This document shows, piece by piece, positions 55,264 to 62,260 of a stretch of DNA of 62,260 bases. Source of the DNA: Candidatus Adlerbacteria bacterium. Its GTDB lineage: Bacteria > Patescibacteriota > Minisyncoccia > Phycocordibacterales > SBAW01. The notes below the pieces were generated by a model. The model was given only the letters and a program-made list of their open reading frames with translations, was not told the DNA's origin and made no database searches. The DNA lies in assembly GCA_903819895.1 (NCBI GenBank), contig CAIJFH010000035.1:1-62260 (forward strand). Direction: 5' to 3'. Position numbers and translations under genes: made by a program. Each line of letters begins with the position of its first letter. Within the stretch, counting starts at the first letter, position 1.

Positions 55264-55716
55264 TTACGCCAACAACGAATCGATCACTTCCTTTACGATT
55301 GTACCATCGGCTTTGCCCTTTAAATCTTTCATGAGGGCGCCCATGAGTTGATTGGCTTTCGATGTGTCGGTGATGCCAAGTTCTGCCGCTTTGGCGCGAG
55401 CAACCTCAAGAACCGCCTCGGCGGTCATTTGGGCGGGGAGCATGGTGTCGAGGATGGCGAGCTCGGCTTTTTCTTTGTCGGCCAAATCCGCACGACCACC
55501 TTTTTCAAATTGCTCGATCGAGTCCTTGCGCTGCTTGGCGGCACGGCGGATGAGCATGGTGACGTCGTCTTCGGCGAGTTCTTCGTTGGGCTTTTTGCCC
55601 TTGGCGACGAGTTCGTTCGTAATCGACGAGAGGAGTCCGCGCAGGACGAGGAGTTTGAGCTCTTCGTGCGCACGCATCGCCGCCTTGACGGCCTCTTTTA
55701 GTTCGTTGTGTGTCAT
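55264..55716 (-). CDS. GatB/YqeY domain protein
   Basis: Track ORF trimmed to MTHNELKEAVKAAMRA. LLVLRGLLSSI...RRAAKQRKDSIEQF pattern. Confidence 0.85.
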   Translation of the reverse strand: MTHNELKEAVKAAMRAHEELKLLVLRGLLSSITNELVAKGKKPNEELAEDDVTMLIRRAAKQRKDSIEQFEKGGRADLADKEKAELAILDTMLPAQMTAEAVLEVARAKAAELGITDTSKANQLMGALMKDLKGKADGTIVKEVIDSLLA

Positions 55717-55762
55717 ATCCCCATCATACCAAACAATGCTTTCGTGATAAACTGAGCTCATT

Positions 55763-56848
55763 ATGGAATGGCTTATCATCGTGCTTCTTATCGGCAATCT
55801 TGGTGCGATTTTCTTCCTGTGGTACAGCCGCAAAGAGGTGGTGGTCCCGCCGCCCGACATGCAGGGGCTCGTGCTGCTGCAGGGTCAGATGCAAGAGTTG
55901 ACGCGTGCCATGGACGCCAAGCTCGACCAGGGCACGGCGCGCATGTTCGACTCGATGAAAACCCAGTTTAGCCAGTCGCAGCAATTGATGAGCGACATCA
56001 CCAAGCGCGTCTCCGACCAACTCATTGAGGTGACCAAAGGCGTGACCGAGACGAAGGAATCGACCAAGCAGGTCTTCACCATCGCCGAGCAGCTCTCTAA
56101 CCTCGAGAAAGTTTTGAAAAATCAAAAACAGCGCGGCAACCTCGGCGAGGCGTCGCTTGAATTGGTCATGGGCAACATTCTGCCGCCGACCGCGTTTAAG
56201 ATGCAGTACGAGTTCCCGGGCGGCGAGACCGTCGACGCGGCTATCTTTACCAAAGAGGGTGTCATCCCGGTTGATGCGAAGTTCCCGCTTGAAAACTATA
56301 CGCGCCTGCACGACGAGAAGGACGATCTGCGACGCGCGCAGTACGAAGAGGATTTCAAAAAGGATCTGAAGAAGCGCATCGACGAGACGAGCAAGTACGT
56401 GCGCCCCAAAGATGGCACGCTGCCGTTTGCCTTCATGTACATCCCTGCCGAGGGTATCTACTACGACCTCCTCAACGACGGCATCGGCGCGGTCAACACG
56501 CGTAACCTCATCGACTACGCGCAAAACGATCGCCACGTCATCATCGTCTCGCCGACCACCTTTGCCGCATACTTGCAGTCGGTCCTCTACGGATTCAAAG
56601 CATTTAAAATCGAGGAGCAGGCCAAAGACATCGCTAAAAACGTCGAGGCCTTGGGCCGCCACATCAACGCCTACCAAGACTTCTACAAGAAGCTTGGCAA
56701 CTCGCTCGCGACCACGGTCAATCACTACAACGCCGGCACCAAAGAGTTGGGCAAGATCGAGAAGGACGTCCTGCGCATCGACGCCTCGACCGACATCAAC
56801 ATCGACCTCGCCGTCCTCGACAAGCCGCTTTTGGAAGGGAAGGATTAG
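55763..56848 (+). CDS. rmuC: DNA recombination protein RmuC
   Basis: N-terminal TM, coiled coil, RGNLGEASLE ... VDAKFPLENY ... FMYIPAEGIYY. Confidence 0.92.
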   Translation: MEWLIIVLLIGNLGAIFFLWYSRKEVVVPPPDMQGLVLLQGQMQELTRAMDAKLDQGTARMFDSMKTQFSQSQQLMSDITKRVSDQLIEVTKGVTETKESTKQVFTIAEQLSNLEKVLKNQKQRGNLGEASLELVMGNILPPTAFKMQYEFPGGETVDAAIFTKEGVIPVDAKFPLENYTRLHDEKDDLRRAQYEEDFKKDLKKRIDETSKYVRPKDGTLPFAFMYIPAEGIYYDLLNDGIGAVNTRNLIDYAQNDRHVIIVSPTTFAAYLQSVLYGFKAFKIEEQAKDIAKNVEALGRHINAYQDFYKKLGNSLATTVNHYNAGTKELGKIEKDVLRIDASTDINIDLAVLDKPLLEGKD

Positions 56849-56891
56849 CCCGCAGAACTGGGGTCCTTGTCCGCAAATAAAAAGCCCGCCC

Positions 56892-57233
56892 TCATTTTGA
56901 GTGGCGGAGCTTGATGGTCTTCACGAGCCGTGCGCGGAATGCTTCCAGCGCTGCGGTCGCGAGGCTCTCACGAATGAGTGCGCCTTTTTGAAATGACATG
57001 GCGAACCAATCTCGTCGGTCGCACCATATCCTTGCAGGCATTCCGTCGATGAGGACAATCTCGTCACCGGGGCATTTGAACTCCAGCGCGAACATCCCCG
57101 CGATCTCGGCCAGTGTCCGAGCGACGCCTGCCAGCATTAAGAAATGCTGCAGCTGCGCGACTAGCTCGACTGCGTCGACCCACCGACCGGCCTGCTCGAG
57201 CCGGGTGCTGCGTACTTCCGTTATCTGTAACAC
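56892..57233 (-). CDS. Hypothetical protein
   Basis: The ATG at 57266 lies inside a TTGACT-N17-TATGAT promoter, so the start is moved to GTG 57233 with GGGAGG 5 nt upstream. Confidence 0.5.
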   Translation of the reverse strand: MLQITEVRSTRLEQAGRWVDAVELVAQLQHFLMLAGVARTLAEIAGMFALEFKCPGDEIVLIDGMPARIWCDRRDWFAMSFQKGALIRESLATAALEAFRARLVKTIKLRHSK

Positions 57234-57261
57234 GGTCGCCTCCCAAGGGTCTACTGTTTGT

Positions 57262-57290
57262 ATCATACCATATATGAGTTCCTAAGTCAA
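57262..57290 (-). promoter_or_regulatory. Sigma-70-type promoter TTGACT-N17-TATGAT
   Basis: Reverse complement of 57262-57290. Confidence 0.6.
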
Positions 57291-57341
57291 GCGCCCAAAA
57301 TGGCCCAAAAAAGGGCCAAAACGGGGCGCTATTGCTTTTTT
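57290..57341 (+). terminator. Two-tier hairpin + T-run immediately upstream of the rplU promoter
   Basis: agcgccc/ggggcgct outer stem, tggccc/gggcca inner stem, then attgctttttt. Confidence 0.5.
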
Positions 57342-57367
57342 AGGGCTTTTTATATATAGTGTCACGT

Positions 57368-57706
57368 ATGGCAACCAAGGAAGCAACCAAAGAATTTGCA
57401 GTTATCAAGACGGGCGGGAAGCAGTACCTCGTTTCGGAGGGCGACACGCTCAAGATCGAGAAGCTTGCAGGTGAACACAAAATCGGCGACTCTGTCGTTT
57501 TTGATGAGGTGCTCCTTGTCGACGATGGCTCGGACACGACCATCGGCACTCCGTTTATCAAAGGCGCCAAGGTGACTGCCGAGATCAGCAAGATCAGCCG
57601 CGCCAAGAAGGTTGTGGTCATCAAGTACAAGGCGAAGTCCAACTACTTCAAGAAGCGCGGCCATCGCCAGCCTTTCTTCGAGGTCAAAATCACGAAGCTC
57701 GCATAG
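57368..57706 (+). CDS. rplU: 50S ribosomal protein L21
   Basis: FAVIKTGGKQYLVSEGDTLKIEKL ... KKRGHRQPFFEVKI. TATAGT + 7 nt. Confidence 0.95.
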   Translation: MATKEATKEFAVIKTGGKQYLVSEGDTLKIEKLAGEHKIGDSVVFDEVLLVDDGSDTTIGTPFIKGAKVTAEISKISRAKKVVVIKYKAKSNYFKKRGHRQPFFEVKITKLA

Positions 57707-57718
57707 GTGTAGCTCCAC

Positions 57719-57772
57719 AAAAAATCCCTTGTTCCGGAGAGATAAACCTCACTCCTGTACAAGGGATTTTTT
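57719..57772 (+). terminator. Terminator-like hairpin with conserved inner motif, copy 2
   Basis: A-run, stem aatcccttgt/acaagggatt, loop tcCGGAGAGATAAACctcACTCCTGt, T-run. Confidence 0.7.
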
Positions 57773-57812
57773 GTTGCGCATTCGGTGTTGTGTATGAAAA
57801 TTTTTGGCGCAC

Positions 57813-57995
57813 CTAGTTGGCGTCGTTGATCGAGTTCTCGACCCACTCGGGGATGTCCTCTTTGTCGCCGTCGTTGTGCTGCGCGCGATCGAACAGCTTC
57901 GTGACGTGGCGCCCGACGAGGGCAAAGAGCGTGATAATCACCACAAACCCGCCGAAGAAGGCGAGGAATAGCTCGGCCATTTGTAAAGAGTTCAT
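57813..57995 (-). CDS. Small membrane protein
   Basis: One TM (AELFLAFFGGFVVIITLFALV) plus an acidic tail. Confidence 0.5.
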   Translation of the reverse strand: MNSLQMAELFLAFFGGFVVIITLFALVGRHVTKLFDRAQHNDGDKEDIPEWVENSINDAN

Positions 57996-58061
57996 AGTGC
58001 TATGATGTCGCGCTTTTGTCGATACGTCACTGTGGCTTATGCACAGTACGCCGTGTATGTG

Positions 58062-58709
58062 TTACTGGCGCGAACTAAGAGCGCTCGCGATGGTGTCGGG
58101 GTCGGCGTACTCGAGCTCGGAGCCGGTCGAGAGGCCGCGACCGAGCGAGGTGATTTTAAAATTCAGCAACGCCGCCAGCGGCAGTATTTTTTCTTGGAGC
58201 AGCAGTCGCGTGTGGTCGCCTTCGGTGGTGGCCGAGAGACCGAGGATCACTTCTTTGAGCGCGACCGATACGGAGGACGGACCTCCGTTGCCGGTGCCGG
58301 CCGCATCTGCCTCGATGCGCGACAGGAGCTCGCGCAGGCGGATGTATTTCTCGGGCTCCTCTGAGGCCAGCGGGATGGTGCCGCCCAAGACGAAGTAGAG
58401 GCCTTTGAAGCCGCTGCGCTCGACGTTGTCGATGTCGGCATCCTTCTCGACCACAAAGAGGACCGAGCGGTCACGCGGGCGAGCGGCGCAGATGGTGCAC
58501 AGGCCGGCGACGTCGGCGCCTTTGACGAACCAGCGGTAGCACTTGACGCACTGCGCAGTGTGCGCACCCAAGGTGCGGATAGCGTCGGCCAACTCCGCGC
58601 GTAGTGCCGGCCGCTCCGATAGCAAATAGTGCACGAACCGTCGCGCCTGGCGAGGCCCGATGCCGGGAAATCGTTCGAACAATTCGGTGAGTCGATCGAT
58701 GGGGTTCAT
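58062..58709 (-). CDS. recR: Recombination protein RecR
   Basis: FPGIGPRQARR HhH, Cys4 finger CVKC...CTIC, Toprim domain. Confidence 0.95.
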   Translation of the reverse strand: MNPIDRLTELFERFPGIGPRQARRFVHYLLSERPALRAELADAIRTLGAHTAQCVKCYRWFVKGADVAGLCTICAARPRDRSVLFVVEKDADIDNVERSGFKGLYFVLGGTIPLASEEPEKYIRLRELLSRIEADAAGTGNGGPSSVSVALKEVILGLSATTEGDHTRLLLQEKILPLAALLNFKITSLGRGLSTGSELEYADPDTIASALSSRQ

Positions 58710-58724
58710 AGGTGCGGTGCCGTA

Positions 58725-60131
58725 TTAAAAGTCCGCCGCGCCGCCGAAGTCTTGTTTGTCGAGGGTGACGAACGAGGTGCGCTTTTCGTCGTAGAAGAGG
58801 TCGACCTTGCCGACGGGGCCGTTGCGGTGCTTCTCGACCAAGATTTCGGCGAGGTTGTTTTTCTCGGACGCGTCTTTATTTTTATCTTCGCGGTGGATGA
58901 ACATCACGACGTCGGCGTCCTGCTCGATCGAGCCGGAGTCGCGCAGGTCCGAGAGGCGCGGTTTGCCGCCGCGCTGTTCGACGGCACGCGAGAGCTGTGA
59001 GAGGGCGAGGACTGGCACATCGAGTTCGCGGGCCAAAATCTTGAGCGAGCGGGATATCTCGGTGACTTGCTGCACCATCGAGTCGGAGGCGCGCGTCGTG
59101 GTCGGCACCATCAGCTGGAGGTAGTCGATGACGATGAGGCCGAGGCCGTTCTCACGCTTGAGGCGGCGGCAGACGGCGCGCATCTTGAGGATGTTGTTGC
59201 CCGGCTGGTCGTCGATGAAGATGGGCGCCTGCGAGAGGCGATCGTATGCGTCGCGGATGCGGTCGTAGTCTTCGCTGTTCTCTTTGATGCGGCCGGTGCG
59301 CCAATCCCAGGCGCTCACTTTTGCCTCGGCCGAGATCATACGGTCGACCAGCTGCTGTGCGGCCATCTCGAGCGAAAAGATGCCGACGACCGTGTTGTGC
59401 TGCACGGCAGCTTGGCGCGCGATGTCGAGTGCGAACGCGGTCTTACCGACCGAGGGGCGTGCGGCCAAGATGATGAGGTCGGATTTTTGCAGGCCCGCGA
59501 GAAGATTGTCGAGATCGCGAAAGCCGGTTTTGACGCCGCGCGATTCGCCTTGGTGCTCCTGCAAATGGACGTAGTGCTCCCACGCCTTGCCGAGCGTCTC
59601 GCGTAGTGAGACGAACTTGGTCAAAGTCGGGGTCGAGGTGACCTCGTAGACGCGCTTCTCGGCCTTGTCGAGCGTCTCCTCGAGTTCCTCGGCCTCGTCG
59701 AAGCCGAGCTCCGAGATGAACTCACCCGCATCGATGAGCGAGCGCAGCATGTATTTCTTCTGCACCTGGTTGGCGTAATGTTTGGCGCTGGTTGCCGCCG
59801 GCACGTCGCTGGCCAAATCGGCGAGGTAGGAGACGCCGCCTACACCCTCGAGTGACTCGGTGTCGGCCAGGCGTGCGCGGAGACTCTCGATGTCGATCGG
59901 TTCGTTCTTGCCGTAGAGCGCCAGCATCGCGCGGTAGATGATGCGATGCTTCTCGGCGTAAAAAGCGTCGGGCGAGAGGACGTCGACCGTGTCGACCATG
60001 CCCTCGGGTCGGATCATGAGCGCGCCGAGGAGCGCCTTCTCGGACTCGACGGTCTGCGGCGGCAGGCGCAAGTGTCGGTCTTTGCGCGGAGGTCGTGCCT
60101 CTTTGTCCTTATCAAATTTAGTGAAAGCCAT
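58725..60131 (-). CDS. dnaB: Replicative DNA helicase DnaB
   Basis: PPQTVESEKALLGALM N-domain, Walker A ARPSVGKTAF, LIVIDYLQLM. Confidence 0.96.
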   Translation of the reverse strand: MAFTKFDKDKEARPPRKDRHLRLPPQTVESEKALLGALMIRPEGMVDTVDVLSPDAFYAEKHRIIYRAMLALYGKNEPIDIESLRARLADTESLEGVGGVSYLADLASDVPAATSAKHYANQVQKKYMLRSLIDAGEFISELGFDEAEELEETLDKAEKRVYEVTSTPTLTKFVSLRETLGKAWEHYVHLQEHQGESRGVKTGFRDLDNLLAGLQKSDLIILAARPSVGKTAFALDIARQAAVQHNTVVGIFSLEMAAQQLVDRMISAEAKVSAWDWRTGRIKENSEDYDRIRDAYDRLSQAPIFIDDQPGNNILKMRAVCRRLKRENGLGLIVIDYLQLMVPTTTRASDSMVQQVTEISRSLKILARELDVPVLALSQLSRAVEQRGGKPRLSDLRDSGSIEQDADVVMFIHREDKNKDASEKNNLAEILVEKHRNGPVGKVDLFYDEKRTSFVTLDKQDFGGAADF

Positions 60132-60217
60132 GCCTCAAGAGTACCCCTTTTAGGGCCCGGGGGAAAGCAGACAATAGCCCCTAAATATCGTCGATTGTGG
60201 GGACAAAACGGGGATAA

Positions 60218-61684
60218 TTAGCTGTTTTTCTGGGTGACGCGGGGTCCGTCCGGCGAATCTTTTATGTCGTAGCCTGCAGCGTCGATGTGGGCGCGCAGTT
60301 CGTCTGCCTTCCCGAAATCTTTTGCGGCGCGGGCGCTCTGGCGGTCGGCGACAAGTTTTTGCACGTTTTCGGGAAGTTCGTCGACGGCGATAGTTTTTTC
60401 TACGGTCAGCTGGCGTGCTGCTTGTTGGTCGCCAAGGCCCAGTCCCAAAAATTGGTCGGCCACGAGGAGCGACGCGCGTTTTTCGGCGGGGGAGAGCGAC
60501 GAGTCTTTAACCATGTCCCAGGTGCGGGCAATCGCTTTGGCAGTGTTGAGATCGTCGGCCATGGCGGCGAGGAAGTCGGCGACGAACGTAGCGTTTGGTT
60601 CGGCCTCGCCCTCGGTCTCGAGGCAGTGACGCGAGAGGTTGCGCAGCGCGGTGTTGGCGCCCTCGAGTGCGTCCCAGGTAAAGTTAATCGGCGAGCGGTA
60701 GTGGCCCGTCAAAAACCAGTAGCGCAGTGCGCGTGCCGAGAATCCGCGGTCGACGATGCCAGAGAGATAGACGGTGTTGCCGAGCGACTTGGAAATCTTT
60801 TTATTCTCGATTGTGATGAACGCGCCGTGCATCCAGTAGCGCACGTACTGCCGGGCCGTAGCAGCCTCAGCCTGCGCGATTTCGTTGTTGTGGTGGACGG
60901 GGATGTGGTCGATGCCGCCGGTGTGGATGTCGATTTGTTTGCCGAGGAGTTTGAAGATCATTGCCGTGCACTCGATGTGCCAGCCCGGGAATCCGGTGCC
61001 CCAAGGCGACGGCCACTCTTGCTGGCGCTTCTCGCCCTTCATCGAAAATTTCCATAGCGCGAAGTCGGAGGGATTTTTCTTTTCGGGATTTTCCTCGACG
61101 CGCGCACCTTCCTTCTGCTCGGCGAGCTGGATGTTGCCGAGTTTGCCGTAGGCGGGGAACTTTGCCGTGTCAAAATAGATACCGTCTGAAATCTGGTAGG
61201 CGTAGCCCTTCTCCTCGAGAGTCTGCACGAGTGCTATTTGCTCGCTGATGAACTCGGTCGCCTTGGGGAAGGTGATCTTCGAGCGGTCGATGCCGAGTGA
61301 GTCGAGGTCGGCGAAGTAGAGGTCGGTGATTTCTTGTGCGATGTCTTGCGCCGAGACGCCGCGCTTCTTGGCACTCTTCTCCATCTTGTCCTCGCCGTCA
61401 TCGCCGTCGCTTACCAGGTGACCGACGTCGGTGATGTTGATGACTTGGTTGACCGCGTAGCCCCACTGGTCGAGCGTGCGGCGGATGGTGTCGGCAAAGA
61501 CGTAGGCGCGCAGGTTCCCTATGTGGACGCGGTCATAGACGGTGGGCCCGCAGTTGTACATCTTTACCTCACGGTCGGAGAGCGGCGCGAAGGTCTCGAC
61601 CTCGCCTGACATGGTGTTGAAGAAACGCAGCGCAGGCCGGGCGTCTGGCTGATCCCCGGTGAGGTATTTGATGAAAGAAAGCAT
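60218..61684 (-). CDS. cysS: Cysteine--tRNA ligase
   Basis: CGPTVYDRVHIGN (HIGH), KISKSLGN (KMSKS). Confidence 0.96.
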   Translation of the reverse strand: MLSFIKYLTGDQPDARPALRFFNTMSGEVETFAPLSDREVKMYNCGPTVYDRVHIGNLRAYVFADTIRRTLDQWGYAVNQVINITDVGHLVSDGDDGEDKMEKSAKKRGVSAQDIAQEITDLYFADLDSLGIDRSKITFPKATEFISEQIALVQTLEEKGYAYQISDGIYFDTAKFPAYGKLGNIQLAEQKEGARVEENPEKKNPSDFALWKFSMKGEKRQQEWPSPWGTGFPGWHIECTAMIFKLLGKQIDIHTGGIDHIPVHHNNEIAQAEAATARQYVRYWMHGAFITIENKKISKSLGNTVYLSGIVDRGFSARALRYWFLTGHYRSPINFTWDALEGANTALRNLSRHCLETEGEAEPNATFVADFLAAMADDLNTAKAIARTWDMVKDSSLSPAEKRASLLVADQFLGLGLGDQQAARQLTVEKTIAVDELPENVQKLVADRQSARAAKDFGKADELRAHIDAAGYDIKDSPDGPRVTQKNS

Positions 61685-61687
61685 AGT

Positions 61688-62260
61688 TTAAAGCCAGTCT
61701 TTATGTTTAAAATACGCGAAGAATCCCAGCGCGATTGTGGCCATTATACCAACGATGATCCAAAAATCGTAGGGTTGCCCGATGATCGGCATGTACTTGG
61801 TGTCCATGCCAAAGAGACTCGAGATGAGCGACAGTGGGAAGCAGAAAAAGGCGAGCGCGGTGAAGGTTTTAAGGATGTCGTTTTGTTTGGTCGACAGGAG
61901 CGAGTTGTTGGTCTCGCGCAGCTCGGTCAGCGAGTCGTGCAGGTTGCGTAGGGTGCGCTCGATGCGGTCATACGAGCCGATGAGGTGGCGGATGTAGTAG
62001 GTAAACTCCGGGCCGAATTGGCGCGCGGTCACAGGTTCAAGCTGTGCCAGCATCTCCTCTTGAGGCAAGAGCGATTGGCGAAAGTCGTGAATGATGCGGC
62101 CTGCCTGCGAGAGCTCGGCCACCATGCGGCGCTCGTCGCCGTTGAAGACGTGCTCCTCGATGTCGCGCAGACGGCGGCGGATGGCGTCGCACTCGCCGGT
62201 CAGTGCCCGATAGAGCCCGTGCATGATGAGGACGAAGATGTGCCCGCCGTGGGTCGCGAC
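61688..62260 (-). CDS. corA: CorA-family magnesium/cobalt transporter (partial, N-terminus beyond the window)
   Basis: C-terminal double TM with FGMDTKYMP (GMN-type motif). The reading frame stays open to the window edge. Confidence 0.85.
   Translation of the reverse strand, partial: VATHGGHIFVLIMHGLYRALTGECDAIRRRLRDIEEHVFNGDERRMVAELSQAGRIIHDFRQSLLPQEEMLAQLEPVTARQFGPEFTYYIRHLIGSYDRIERTLRNLHDSLTELRETNNSLLSTKQNDILKTFTALAFFCFPLSLISSLFGMDTKYMPIIGQPYDFWIIVGIMATIALGFFAYFKHKDWL

Overview
High-GC bacterial chromosome segment of 62.3 kb with about 70 protein-coding genes, 11 tRNA genes, no rRNA and no CRISPR array. Short IF-2 and DnaX, scattered ribosomal-protein genes, many tiny membrane proteins and a T4SS-pilin-like surface protein suggest a reduced-genome lineage such as CPR/Patescibacteria. 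That placement is inference only. Recognisable core genes are rarA, dnaX, dus, ftsQ-like, serS, dprA, topA, rel, parB, miaA, rpmG, rbfA, infB, a cysteine desulfurase, clpB, rpmA, mgtA, ftsZ, a trxB-like gene, rmuC, rplU, recR, dnaB, cysS and corA (partial). There is also an ECF sigma / anti-sigma / MacAB-type ABC exporter cluster. Most core genes carry a TAnAcT -10 box 6-8 nt upstream of the ATG, so they are probably leaderless. AT-richer orphan genes use Shine-Dalgarno sites instead. Accessory DNA sits next to tRNA genes: (1) a ~2.5-kb large-serine-recombinase element at the 3' end of tRNA-Glu(UUC), with the recombinase ORF reading antisense into the tRNA; (2) an AT-rich islet with winged-helix regulators after a twin tRNA-Glu(CUC); (3) att-like duplications of the 3' ends of tRNA-Val and tRNA-Pro; (4) an HNH endonuclease overlapping tRNA-Leu(UAA). 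Other notable items are an orphan fusion of a T4SS-pilin-like module to a lysozyme-like domain, and tandem genes for Gly/Tyr/Trp/Cys-rich secreted peptides, one frameshifted in a G5 run. There is also a promoter-driven ~290-nt structured RNA of unknown class, a conserved loop motif shared by two terminator hairpins, and a three-gene small-ORF cassette with a duplicated promoter/leader between dprA and topA. Domain names and family assignments come from reading the translations by eye. No searches were run.
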